Notes under the pieces: model-generated | What the model was told of the DNA's origin: nothing | Databases searched by the model: none | What the model saw: only the letters and a program-made list of their open reading frames with translations | In this document: positions 22,839-38,792 of the stretch, one piece after another | How positions within the stretch are numbered: position 1 is the stretch's first letter | How the letters are laid out: every line of letters begins with the position of its first letter | Assembly (NCBI GenBank): GCA_951406725.2 | Contig: OX597824.1 | Coordinates: forward strand, 54,808,001 to 54,872,000 | Source of the DNA: Octopus vulgaris | Taxonomy: Eukaryota | DNA length: 64,000 nucleotides | Direction: 5' to 3' | Translations under genes and position numbers: made by a program

Positions 22839-25800
22839 GTTAAAAGAAGGGAAAAAAAAAGCGCACTGACGACTACTGAAAGACGGTATGCAGATGTGGT
22901 GCGCGGAAACCTAACAGGTGGCCAGCTTCACCCAGAGGTGAGAAGGGCGGCAGCTGAACAGCAATCTTTTTTTTGCATGGCACAAAAAATTGTTCAGCAG
23001 CTGACCTGGCTACAAGCACAAAGCTGGAACTACCACCACATAAGGCCACCTCCAACAGATGCAGGATGGCCACCACAGACACCAACACCAACACACACAC
23101 CACAAAAATATTTCTACTGAATGTAGGAGGGCTACTACGCGGAAACTGTAAAAAGAAAATTTCATTCCTGAGAGACCTTGTGACATGCAATCAAGCTATA
23201 TGCATGGCACTCACAGAAACGCATCTTGAACCCGATATAGGTGATGCAGAAATACACATGCCGCAATATGCAGTCATACGCACAGATGGAAAAGGGAGGA
23301 GCCATGGTGGAGTTGCAATGTACATCCGAGATGACCTCACGCCCCAGGTCCTGCTGTCATATTCAAACTCAGTATGTGAAACTCAAATTGTACACATAAG
23401 ACAACTGAATATCGTCATATGCACTACATATCGCCCACCAGATGCCCCAAAACACTCAGGCATGTTTGAAGACTGCCTAACAAAAATAGGAGAAGTCCTC
23501 ACCAACCTTGAACAGCACAACAGTGTATTCTTCATGGGTGACTTTAACCTCCCCAATGTGGAATGGCCTGGGGGGCAGATGCTCCCAGGGATGACACACC
23601 ATCAGCAGGCACAGGTGGAGTCCCTGCTCCATCTCACAAATGCCTCTTTCATGGAGCAAATAGTTCTGCAACCAACAAGGGCAGATAATATACTGGATCT
23701 CTGCTTCACAAACAATTTGGATATTATCCATAATGTTAATGTGATGCCGACAATGATCTCGTATCACAACATAATAGAGCTGTCTATGTATAGAACAAAA
23801 GCCCCCGTAGACACACAGCCTATACGAAGCACCCACCATCTCTCCAACTTAAACTTTCATAAAGCCAACTGGAAGTTGATTGAGAAAGAGATCCTCAAAC
23901 AGGATTGGCCTGAATGTCTCTCCACACCGGACATAAACATGAAACACAAACACTTCATGTCCATAATACAAGCCATATGTGACAAATATGTCCCAATGTG
24001 CAGGGCCAGCACACACAAGAACAAAAACAGGATCCCTAGAGAAAGGAGGATTCTTATGAGACGACGGACAAGGATTGCAAACCGCCTGAGCAAGCACACC
24101 AAAAGTGGTGAGAAGTCTCGGCTCGAAAGAATGCTAATGGAAACTGAGAAAAGTCTACATCAGTCCCATGAAAAGGAGAGAGCAGATAAAGAAGCTTGGG
24201 TAATTGAAAATATAAAATCAAACCCTAAAGCTTTCTTTAAGTTTGCCAAAGAGACAGCCACAGTGCACCAGAGAATAGGACCTCTCTTCCAAAAAGATGG
24301 CTCTCTCACAGGAAATCCCACGAGGATAAGTGAAATACTGAACGAACAGTTCCAAAGTGTGTTCACTACACCTCTAGGACACAGGCAAGTAAACAACCCA
24401 GAAGAATTCTTTGCCACTTTACCTGCGGCCAAAGAGACAAAAATTGAGTACATCAACATTGAAGATGATGATATCACACTAGCCATTGATGAAATTGACA
24501 CAAACTCAGCTGCTGGACCTGATGGATTCCCAGCGATCCTTCTCAAATCGTGCAAACGAGCCCTTGCAAAACCGCTACTGCTTCTTTTTCAGAGTTTTCT
24601 TGCAAGTGGTAAGCTCCCAGTCAAATTGAAAGAGGGGGTAATATGCCCTATCCATAAGGGAGGTAGCAGAGCAGATGCTAAAAATTATAGGCCTATCTCT
24701 CTGACCTCACACATCAGCAAAGTCATGGAACGAATAGTCCGTAAGAAACTAATCATGTTCCTTGAAGAAAATGACTTGCTGTCTGACACCCAGCATGGAT
24801 TTCAACCAGGTAGAGGCTGCCTAACACAGCTCCTGCAACACTATGACTGGGTGTTGAAACAGCTACTAAATGGCTCAAATGTGGATGTAATATATCTCGA
24901 CTTTGCAAAAGCCTTTGATAAAGTCGACCATGGTATGATCTGTCACAAACTGCGTGGTCTCGGCATAGGCGGGAAACTTGGAGAGTGGCTGCACAACTTC
25001 CTAAAAGACAGAAAACAGGCAGTTGTGAGCAATGGAGCCACCTCCAAGGAAACGCAAATAACAAGCGGTGTCCCACAGGGCACTGTCTTGGGGCCACTGA
25101 TGTTCATAGTGGCCCTCAGTTGCTACGATGACCACCCTTGCTAGCTATGCAGATGACACAAAAGTCTCCCACGCAATACAAAACCCTGAAAATATTGCGC
25201 ATCTGCAACATGAGCTGGACACAATATACAGGTGGGCTGAGGACAACAACATGCAGTTTAATGCAGGTAAGTTCCAGGCCCTGCGCTACTGGCACACAAA
25301 GGTAAACGACATGCAGACTGTATACACTGGCCCAGGAAGAATTGCAATCCCTGAGTCAAAATCAGTGCGTGACCTGGGCATTGACATGAGCAATGATGCA
25401 TCTTTCCAAATGCATATTGCTAATCTGGTGATAAAATGCAGACGGCTAGCTGGATGGTCCTTTGGAAAACATTCGTCCTCAGCCGCTTGGACTACTGCTC
25501 CCAACTATGGTCACCACACAATATAAAACTAACAGCAGAACTCAAAGCAATTCAGAGAAGCTACACATAGAAAATCGTGTCAATGCAAAATATCAGCTAC
25601 TGGGAAAGACTGAAGGTATTAAACCTCTTCTCCCTAGAGTGGAGGCGGGAGAGATATGCGGTGATATACATCTAGAAAATCCTGGAGGGTCTTGTCCCAA
25701 ACTTTGGCATTAAAAGTTACTCCAACCGCAGAACGGGGCGCCACTGCATGGTGCCAAGGATTCCAACATCACCATCAAAATACAGGTCCAGATACTGCAA

Positions 25801-26092
25801 CAGCTAGGGTTTCAGAGGACCACAGCTCTTTAACATCCTCCCTAAATGCCTGAGAGATTTACATGGTATGGATGTGGGTTTCTTTAAAACTAAACTGGAT
25901 CTCTTCTTGTTGGGAGTCCCAGATGAGCCTACCTCACGACAGGAGACTCGGATGCGGGCAGCATCATCGAGCTCCCTTGTTGATCAAGTGCCACGTATCA
26001 GAGGTGGATTCACAAATTAGTGTAGCTCATTCAGCGGTGGTGCCCCAGCATGGCCGCGGCCTTTGGGCTACAACATTTTTAAGGATTTAAGG
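22839..26092 (+). mobile_element. CR1/L2-group LINE: probable ORF1 end plus whole ORF2 (APE-RT), disrupted at the 3' end
   Basis: ORF 22973-25144 has LNVGGL, ALTETHL, MGDFNLP, ILDLCF and RT up to [12 protein letters not shown] frameshift precedes YADD (ORF 25128) and stops follow. The 3' end is gcggtggtgccccagcatggccgc followed by a (TTTAAGGA)n tail. Confidence 0.95.
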
Positions 26093-28017
<1,925 letters not shown>

Positions 28018-28400
28018 TCTCTCTATATAAACGGCAGTTTGTCTGTGCGTGTTTCTGTGTGTCTGTTTGCTTGTACCCTCACCCTGACCACGGCTTTCAA
28101 CCGATTCTGATGAAACTTGACACACACATAGCCCAATGTCATAATTCAAAACTAACGTAGCGAAAATTTTGAAAAGTTCCCCCAATTCTGAAAAAAATCG
28201 ATAAATTCGACATGGGGTCGAGAATCAGAAACACAAACCGCAAACTGTCTAGGGAACGCAACTCCACCTGTTTTCACTCTCAAAAAAAATTTACCATCAT
28301 TTTTTTCCATTTTTTTGCTATTTTTTTGGCTATAACTCTCTAAAAATGCTTTATAGTTATTTCCCTTACAAACCTGAGCAACGCCGGGCGATACTGCTAG
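28018..28400 (+). mobile_element. Non-autonomous Helitron-like element
   Basis: A|TC start. The last ~110 bp nearly match 19690-19795, including the hairpin and terminal CTAG|T. Confidence 0.75.
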
Positions 28401-28420
28401 TATGTATATATTTTAAGGAT

Positions 28421-29529
28421 TTATATATATGTATATGTATGTATATATATATGTATATATATATATGTATATATATATATGTATATATGTGTATATATGT
28501 ATATATATGTATATCTGTGTATATATGTATATATGTGTATATATGTATATATGTATATATATGTATATATGTATATGTATGTATATATGTATATATGTAT
28601 ATATATGTATATATATGTATATGTACGTATATATATGTATATGTATGTATATATATGTATATGTATGTATATATGTATATGTATGTATATATGTATATGT
28701 ATGTATATATGATTGATTGATTGATTGATTCAATCAATCAATCATATATATACATATACATATACATATATATACATACATATACATATATACATACATA
28801 TACATATATATACATATGTATATATATACATATATATGTATATATATGTATATGTATGTATATGTATGTATATATATATATATATATATATGTATATGTA
28901 TATGTATGTATATATATGTATATATATGTATATGTATATATATGTATATGCATATATATATATGTATATATATATATATATGTATATGTATGTATATATA
29001 TGTATGTATATGTATATATGTATATATATGTATATATATATATATATGTATATGTATATGTATGTATATATATGTATGTATATGTATATATGTATATATA
29101 TGTATGTATATGTATATATGTATATATATGTATGTAAATGTATATATGTATGTATATGTATATATGTATATATATGTATATATATGTATGTATTATTTAT
29201 ATATATATGTATATATATGTATGTATATGTATATATATGTATGTATATGTATATATATATATATATATGTATATATATGTATGTATATGTATATATATAT
29301 GTATATATATATATATGTATATATATGTATATGTATATATATATATGTATATATATATGTATATGTATATATATATATGTATATATATATATACTATATA
29401 TATATGTATATATATGTATGTATATATGTATATATATATGTGTATATATGTATATGTATATATGTATTTGTATATATGTATATGTATATATGTATATATA
29501 TATATATATGTATGTATATGTATATATGT

Positions 29530-29596
<67 letters not shown>

Positions 29597-29625
29597 ATAT
29601 ATATATTTATATATATATATGTATA

Positions 29626-29714
<89 letters not shown>

Positions 29715-29919
29715 GTATATATATATGTATATATATATATATATATATGTATATGTATATATGTATATATATATGTATGTATATGTATATATGTATATAT
29801 ATATGTATATATGTATATATATATGTATGCATATGTATATATGTATATATATATGTATGTATATGTATATATGTATATATATAAATGTATATATATATGT
29901 ATATATGTATATATATATG

Positions 29920-29958
<39 letters not shown>

Positions 29959-29977
29959 GTATATATATATGTATATA

Positions 29978-30050
<73 letters not shown>

Positions 30051-30615
30051 GTATATATATGTATATATATGTATATATATATATGTATATATATGTATAT
30101 ATATATGTATATATATATGTATATATATATGTATATATATGTATATATATATGTATATATATATATGTATATATATGTATATATGTATGTATATATATAT
30201 GTATATATATATATATATGTATATATATGTATATATATATGTATATATATGTATATATATATGTATATATATATATGTATCTATATATATATATATGTAT
30301 ATATATATGTATATATATATATATATATATATGTGTATATATATATATATGTATATATATATGTGTATATATGTATATATATATATGTATATATTTATAT
30401 ATTTATATATATATGTATATATATATGTATATATATATATGTGTATATATGTATATATATATATGTATATATTTATATATTTATATATATATGTATATAT
30501 ATATGTATATATATGTATATATATGTATATATATATGTATGTATATATTTATATATGTATATATATATGTATGTATATATTTATATATGTATATATATAG
30601 GTATGTATATATTTA

Positions 30616-30646
<31 letters not shown>

Positions 30647-30722
30647 ATGTATATATTTATATATGTGTATATATATATATGTATATATTTTATATATATA
30701 TATATGTATATATTTATATATG

Positions 30723-30756
<34 letters not shown>

Positions 30757-30785
30757 TTTTATATTTATATATGTATATATGTATA

Positions 30786-30836
<51 letters not shown>

Positions 30837-30887
30837 GTATATATTTATATATGTATATATATATATATATGCATATATTTATATATG

Positions 30888-30935
<48 letters not shown>

Positions 30936-31164
30936 GTATATATTTATATATGTATATATATATATATGCATATATTTATATATGTATATATATATATATA
31001 TGCATATATTTATATATGTATATTTACATATGCATATATTTATATATGTATATTTATATATGCATATATCTATATATGTATATATATATATATTTATATA
31101 TTTATATATGTATATATGTATATATATATATATTTATATATTTATATATGTATATATGTATATA

Positions 31165-31195
<31 letters not shown>

Positions 31196-31234
31196 ATGTA
31201 TATATTTATATATGTATATATATATGTGTGTGTA

Positions 31235-31285
<51 letters not shown>

Positions 31286-31328
31286 ATATATATATATGTA
31301 TATACATATATGTATATATATATATATA
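28421..31328. repeat. (TA)n/(TATG)n/(TTTA) microsatellite tract
   Basis: Direct reading; contains a (GATT)n/(AATC)n inversion point at 28711-28743. Confidence 0.96.
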
Positions 31329-31349
31329 ATTCATCAGTAAAGGAGCCAG

Positions 31350-31496
31350 CTAGTGGGTCGAACGGCCTATTATGGCCGTTCCTCAATTTGTTGTTGAATT
31401 TATTAATAGTCACTGACTATTTCCCCTTTCTCACTAGACCGCTGGAGGCAAAATAATTTCTATTGAATTTTTTGCTACCCTAATATTGATAAATTG
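31350..31496 (+). mobile_element. Diverged fragment of the hammerhead-containing tandem unit at 62121-64000
   Basis: ctagtgggtcgaacggcctattatggccgttcct...cactagaccgctggaggcaaaa...ttttttgctaccctaatattgat aligns with the reverse complement of about 62505-62650. Confidence 0.85.
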
Positions 31497-31546
31497 ATAT
31501 ATATATATATATATATATATACATTATATATATATTTATATATACA

Positions 31547-34500
31547 CATCATCATCATTGTTTCACGTCCGTTTTCCATTCTAGCATGGGTTGGACAGTT
31601 CACCTGGGGTCTGGGAAGTCAGAAGGCTGCGCCAGGCCCTGTCTGATCTGGCAGTGTTTCTACAGCTGGAGGCCCTTCCAAAAGCCAACCACTCCGTGAG
31701 TGTAGTGGGTGCTTTTTACGTGCCACCTGCACAGGTGCGAGACAAGCTAAACGGCCACGATCGGATGGTGCTTTTTACGTGCCACCGGCATGGAGGCCAG
31801 TTGGGGCAGTGCTGGCAACGGCCACGTTCGGATGGTTCTCTTACGTGCCACTGGCACTGGTATCACAGCTACAATTTCCATTGATGTTGATCGATTTTGA
31901 TTTTGATTTTCACTTGCCTCAACAGGTCTTCACAAGTAGGGTTTGTGTCCCAAGAACGAAAGGTATGCATAAGTGGACTGGCTACATCCCAGGTAGAGGC
32001 CACGGGTTATGGTCTCACTTGTCCTGCCGGGTCTTCTCACGCACAGCATACTACCAAAGGTCTCGGTCTCTGGTCATTTCCTCGGTGAGACCTAAAGTTC
32101 GAAGGTCGTGCTTCACCACCTCAACCCAGGTTTTCCTGGGTCTACCTCTTCCACAGGTTCCCTCAACCGCTAGGGTGTGGCACTTTTTCACACAACTATC
32201 TTCATCCATTCTCGCCACATTACCATACCAGCGCAAATGTCTCACTTGCACACTACAACTGATGCTTCTTAGGTGCAACTTTTCTCTCAAGGTACTTACA
32301 CTCTGTCGAGTATGAACACTGACATTACACATCCATCGGAGCATACTGGCTTTATTTCTTATGAGCTTAGGCATATCCTCAGCAGTCACGGTCCATGTTT
32401 CACTGCCCTGTAGCATGGCTGTTCATACACATGCGTCATACAGTCAGCCTTTTATTCTGAGCGAAAGGCCTTTTGTCACCAGCAGAGGTAAGAGCTCTCT
32501 GAACTTTGCCCAGGCTATTCTTACTCTACTAGTTACACTTTCAGCACACCTGCCCCCGCTACTGACTTGGTCACCTAGGTAACGGAAGCTATCAACAATT
32601 TCTAGTTTTTCTCCCTGGAATGTGGCGGAAGTTGGTCTCTGCGCATTTTCAGTGTTTATTGCTCCTGAGCATCTGCCATATACAAAAACTATCTTCTCAG
32701 TTAGCCTTCCTTTGACATTGCTGCACCTCTTATGTGTCCATAGCTTACACTTGGTACATCTTATAGAGTTTCTACCTACGCCTTTTCTACAGATCAAGCA
32801 GGGCCATCTACCTGAAGGCGTTTGTGATTTGCCTGCCTTCCTACATATTAGGACTTTGGCTTTAGCTAGGTTGATTTTAAGGCCCTTCGATTCTAATCCT
32901 TGTCTCTATACTTGAAACTTTGCCTCTAGTTCTGCTAGTGACGCAGCAATTAGAGCAAGGTCATCAGCATATAGGAGCTCCCAGGGGCATCCTGTCTTGA
33001 ATTCCTCCGTTATTGCCTGGAGGACTATGATAAATAGGAGGGGGCTGAGGACTGAACCTTGGTGGACCCCTACTTCTACCCTGAATTCTTTAGTGTACTT
33101 ATTGCAAACCCTCACCTTACTTACAGCGTCTCTGTACATGGCTTGCACAGCTCTCACTAACCATTCATCTATCCCTAGTTTCCTCATTGACCACCAGATA
33201 AGGGATCGGGGGACCCTGTCAAAAGCTTTCTCCATGTCAACGAAAGCCAGGTACCTTTGTAGCAGTTGACTATTATGCTGCTACACCAGTCATTGGGTAT
33301 GACTCCTTCGTGTATCACCTGGTTAACTATACGGGTGACTAGGCTATAGCCAACACTACCAGATATTTTAAGCATCTCTGCAGTAATTTCTGATGGGCCT
33401 GGGGCTTTCCCTGTCTTCATGCTTCAAATTGCCTTAACTACTAAGGAACTGTCAACTCGGATAGCTGGTCCCTCTGTTAGGTCGACATTCGGCAGACTCT
33501 CTTTATCCCATTCATTTTCCTTATTTAGCAGCCTCTCATAATGGTGTCTCCAAACCTCTCTCTTGCATCCTTATTCAGCGCAAGTGAGCCATCATCCATG
33601 CGAACACATTTCTCTCCTACCACATCACGATTCTCTCTCACACACTGTCTTGCAACACGGAATACCTTAAGTCTTTGGTCCTCATGGTGCAGAACATTGG
33701 CAAATTTTTTCTTATCTGCTTCCCTTCTGGCTAAATAAACCTGTCTCCTAGCTTCTCTTTTGGTAGTCTGCTACAATTCCCTGCTACCACCATTTTTCCA
33801 GTCCTTCCAAGCCTGTCTCTTTTCTCTAATAGCCCTGTCTACAACATTGTTCTACCACCACGTTATTTTGGGTCGAGAGGGGACTTTGCACCAGCCACAG
33901 ATCTGGTCAGTGGCTCTCAGCAGGTTGTCCCTTAGAAACCTCTAGTTGTCTTCTACCCCATGTGTAGCTATATCCCCTTCTACTTCGTCAACGGCTTCAA
34001 GTAATATGTCCCTAAGTCTCTGTCCATTCGCAGGATCTTTAACCCTTTTGTTACCAAACCACTCAAAGCCGCCCGAAAAAAATTTTGGTTCATGTGACCA
34101 AGCCGCCCGTAATTACCTATTCATATTTAAATGAGAATATCAGAGCAAATCTCGTTAGTACATTCGTGAAAACATATGATTATACTTCGTATATAGTTCA
34201 TCTACAGTTGTCTACAACAATCGATATGTAATTTTAATTCCCTGAATTTTGGGAGATTTTTTTCCAAAATTTTTTTGGCATGGATTTTCTTCAACTTTGA
34301 AAATGGATAGGAGTTTCATGTTATCAAGCATTGATTCCGAATTTAAAGCTTTTTCAACGGAAAATAGGGGTACTGCGTGGATTTAGTTTTTATACAGGGA
34401 AAATAATGTTAGTCAGCATGGCCTAGGGAACGATGTGGTCTGGAATTTATCACTTCTATACCATAACCAGGGCCGTATATTATATTTTGACCGATTTCTT

Positions 34501-35360
34501 TAGTTCGGTCAAACTTGCGGTGGATTCCAGTATTTCACTTTATTCCACCTTTATGGTACACCCGTTGTGCATTAAATTCAACTGATGATCTAGTGATGTG
34601 CACAATTCTTCTTTATCAAAATTTTGTTGCATACCCATTTGAATATTAGCTGATGATTCATTTTCTATGGTGATGTTTAAACAAAATTTTTATATTTTTA
34701 CCTTTTGCTCAATTTAAAATTTTAATATTTTTACCTTTTGCTCAATTTACCTGGATTTACCTGTAATTAAAGTCACTTTGAGACAAAAGTTATGCAATTG
34801 ATTAAGAACCCTTTCTTTAATTATGTTCCTAATATCACATTAATATGTTGATAAGTAAAAAAGTTAGTTATTTAATGAAACAAACCTAAATTCATGATTA
34901 TTTTATAATTTAATTGAAACTCATGAGGGGTGTATTTTGGTCAGAAATATAGTAACGAAAGGGTTAAGCTTCCAGATCCTTCTCCATGCTGGTCGTCCTC
35001 TTAGTCCTGATCCTAAAGTCACTAACTACCAGTCTAAGTTGTGGGGTACATTCTTCACCTGGGAAGGTTTTGGCATTTATAAGCAGCCATCTTTCCCTTT
35101 TCCTGGCAAGGATGTAGTCAATTTGGCTGGTATGTCAGCCCGATCGGTAGGTGACTAGGTGGCTGGTAGGTTTCCTGAAGTTAGTGATGCAAACCATAAG
35201 ATCATTTGCATCGCAGAACTCCAGCAGCCTGGTTCCCTCCTCTTTGCGGGAACCATAACCATGGCCACCATGGAAGCCCCCAGCATGTCGTCCATTGAAG
35301 TCACCAGCCACAAAGAGGTCTCTGTCATTCGTCAACGAGGTAGTCTGCAGTAGGGTGTCA
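31547..35360 (-). mobile_element. RTE-clade LINE (APE fragment, RT with internal deletions, Cys-rich insert, 3' UTR), interrupted by a piggyBac-like element
   Basis: AGDFNG (35135 ORF), GKAPGPSE, MEKAFDRVPR, GVHQGSVLSPLLF, LLYADD, FRYLGD, LRWYGNV, RGRPRKTW; (GAT)n tail. Confidence 0.93.
34043..34963. mobile_element. piggyBac-like non-autonomous element (921 bp)
   Basis: TTAA at 34039-34042 and 34964-34967. Termini cccttttgttac / gtaacgaaaggg (12 bp, 1 mismatch). Removing it restores the RTE frame RIWKLKDP. Confidence 0.9.
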
Positions 35361-35804
35361 TATATATAATTTAACACAATATATCTGATTAATAATATCT
35401 GTTTTGATTGTGCAGTGGTGGGCGATTATAATTCACCATTCTAAAAGACCTGTGGCCGGAATATTTAAACTTTTGCAGCTGTCAACACTTTTTCTCTACA
35501 GAAACAGGCATACAGTGAGAGAAAGAGTGACAGAGAGATGAAGCTGTCAAATGTCGCTATAGAGAGAAAGTGGATGGGGACCACCTTTACTGCTTCATAT
35601 CTCATCATTTTTAGTATTACTCTTAACATCATCAAAACTTCGTAATGCCAACCACTTTACAGAGTGGGCTGGATATGTGACACCAGCAATATATTGCACT
35701 TACAGATTCATAAAACTACTTTATCTTATTGAGTGACCCACATGGATAGCACTGGGTTATGTAACCATAGTAAATGATTAAATATTCTAAACAACCATCT
35801 GACC

Positions 35805-36036
35805 CAGTGGTTCCCAAACATTTTCGGACTGCCAACCCCTTGGCACCTAAGCCACATTCCTAGCCCCACTACCAACACACTTTTAAACCCTATTTTCTAA
35901 ACCTGAGTGTACCATTGAAAAATTGAGATGGTGGGATATTGGGCATACATTGCACTCTTTTGGTCACCCCCATAATCGCCCCATTTTTCTTCAACACCTC
36001 CCTGGGTCTCTCCACTGCCCACTTTGGGAACCACTG
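35805..36036. mobile_element. hAT (Charlie-type) MITE
   Basis: TIRs cagtggttcccaaa / tttgggaaccactg; decayed 8-bp TSD atctgacc / atttaccc. Confidence 0.8.
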
Positions 36037-36276
36037 ATTTACCCATGTCGGCAGATTAAACCATTTTTAATTATTGTTGAATGTTAAAAAACAAGTTTGT
36101 TAAAAAGAAGCAAACATAATCTTTATCATTTTTCTTTTTCATAAAGGTTGAAAAATAGTTAGTAGAGCAATATATATGTAACTTGTGAAATGTATTAAAC
36201 TAAATAATAATTGAAAATTTTTCTTATTTTCTACTTCCACATCATTTAATTATATCTTCAATACTCTTCATTTCAG

Positions 36277-36387
36277 TTTGTTAAATGTGGCTATGCTGGT
36301 TCCAATTTCCCCTCCCATATATTTCCATCATTAGTTGGGCACCCAATTATTCGTGCCACAAATAAAGTAGGAAATATTGAAGTCAAG
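36277..36387 (+). CDS. ACTR2: Actin-related protein 2, coding exon 2 ([37 protein letters not shown])
   Basis: AG/GT-bounded 111-bp exon with an Arp2-specific peptide. Confidence 0.95.
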
Positions 36388-38331
36388 GTAAGTTATATTG
36401 ATTACTTTTGTTTGTAAATTTTTTTAGACTTTCATAATCTAATTATCTTATCGTGGATGTTGTCTTTATCAGTTTTTGTCATAACTATCTGGTGATTATA
36501 ACAACAGTTTGCTTGGGTGCTCCCTTCTATTTAACAAATCTTTTCACTTTTTCCTTTCTTCAGATATTTACTTTCATGCAGAAATGTGTGACTACCTCCT
36601 GCACCTAAGAAATTGCTAACCCTGCCGGCTATTGTTCTGTACCATCAATAGTTCTTAGGTAATGGAAGCAATTGTGATGGGGACCACCTTTATTGCTTCA
36701 TATCTCATCATTTTTAGTATTACTCTTAACATCATCAAAACTGAATAGACTATGGCTGAAAAACCTTGTAAGCTTCCTCCATATTGACTTTACTTATCTT
36801 TGATCACAAACCTTATGTTGTGTTGGTGCAACACAGCAAACCTCACTCGAATTTGGGCCACTCTTAAGGTTTAATTATCTTACACCTATTTTTCTTTACA
36901 TTGACTGATTGCCATCTCAAACTTCACATGTGTGCGCATGCATATATATATGTATGTGGGAAAAACCTCAGTAAACCCCCAGATGTATGTCCTTTGTGAA
37001 CAGTGATTCTCAAAAATCTCTTTCAATGATGGATTTGACAACCTAGTCTCATTCAATATCATCAAAATACAGTTATCACACATCTCAAGAAAATGCATCA
37101 GTAGAATAAGTAACACAATTAAAACTATCATACTTACTAAAAAAGTTTGGTCGGGGATGCCATGAAAAGTGGCATGTTGTACACCTGTTCATATTATTCA
37201 GCACACATTTGATACTTGTTACATGAGGTAGCAGCCACGATGGTCTGCTGCAGATTTTTGCTTTTCGGTTAACAATTGATACTTTGATGCTACAGAGTTG
37301 TACATTGTTCTTTACATTATTTACAATGGATAGATAGGTGTCCTCACCTTGTTTGTTGTTACCACATTTCAGCTGATGTACTCTCTAGCCTTTATCTGGT
37401 GTTCTGGTGGAATTTTGAACCCAACCCTTTGACTAATGGGGTACTCATTCCTAAAGTATTCTTTTTTGCTGATGTTATTTTTACTGTTGATATTATTTCC
37501 TGGAAAGTGCTAAGAAAGTAAAAATGAGATCACAATTGATTCAGATTTGGAAAATTATCGGTTTTCTCACCAATTACCCCCAAATATTAAAAGCTTTGCA
37601 AAATCAAAATAGAATTCAAAGTTTCATTAGAGTAAGCAATGCTTACATTTTTATATAAAATCCTCATATTGTGTAAAAATGCTAAACGTATCTATAGTAA
37701 CAGCATGAAAAATTTGATGGAATAGGAAATGGTACGTTAAATTACATTAGTGTTCAATGTCATGTTATTACATTTTTTTTTATCAAAAATAGAGCTATCG
37801 GGCTTGTAAGCAATTTCTCAGTATCACACTAATTTCTTGTCTATAGCTCTCTTGCAAAATTCACTGGTCTTCTTTCCGATGCTACTAATTATGTGACATA
37901 AGTTTCTCCTCCTCATGAACTACTTTAACAAATTCAAGACAGAAGTGCATTCTTCTGGAACTATTATTCTATTCCACTGCCTAAATATTTTTTCTTTAAC
38001 CAGATGACTTTTGCTCTATATTATAAATGTTCTTTAAGCAAAAAAGTGATATGCCTCCATCGAAGTACTAATCCATACCTGTTTTGGACATTTTGCATTT
38101 GGTTCTCACAAAAATTTGTTATAACTATGTTTTTTTAAATTTTCCTTAAAGTTGATTTTCTACCAAATTTATTTTCCTTTGACTTTTCCTAAAGTAATAT
38201 TTGGTTTTTATTTCTTTAAAATGTCTTTGTAAAATTTTTATGCTTGTTAAATAAATAATAGATAGAACATTAATCTAATTTTCATACAAATCCACTTTAG
38301 TTTTAGTTTAAATTCTTTTTCCATTTGACAG

Positions 38332-38547
38332 GACTTAATGGTGGGAGAAGAGGCCAGTGCCCTTCGTTCAATGCTTGAAGTGAAATATCCAATGGAAAAT
38401 GGTATTGTTCGTAACTGGGAAGATATGCTGCATGTGTATGATTACACATTTGGTCGAGACAAAATGAATATTGATACTAGCAATAGCAAAATTCTACTCA
38501 CAGAACCTCCCATGAATCCAATAAAAAACAGAGAGAAAATGGTGGAG
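38332..38547 (+). CDS. ACTR2: Arp2 coding exon 3 (DLMVGEEAS...[20 protein letters not shown])
   Basis: AG/GT-bounded 216-bp exon with [14 protein letters not shown] and LLTEPPMNP. Confidence 0.97.
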
Positions 38548-38792
38548 GTAAGAATGATATCAGTTCAGTTTTGCTAATATATTATGATAATTTATACAAC
38601 ATGCAGTTATGTCCAAAGAGAAAACAAAAAGGCTAATTAATTATTCTGTTTATATTATCAATGATAAATAGCTTTCAAAGAGAAATAAAAGATAAGTTTA
38701 TTGTTGCATTGTTTGTTTCTCTTTGATATGCGGCATGATTTGTTTTATAAGTTTCCAATTCTGATGTTATTTTGCTTCTTTTTAATATACAG

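Noticed and set aside
31331-31337. CTGATGA on the - strand beside the dispersed repeat fragment (possible opposite-polarity ribozyme)
   Set aside because: Runs directly into (TA)n with no stem II or GAAA; unsupported.
37355-37405. Possible - strand hammerhead relic in Arp2 intron 2
   Set aside because: Core reads ccagataa and stem III is broken; too degenerate to call.
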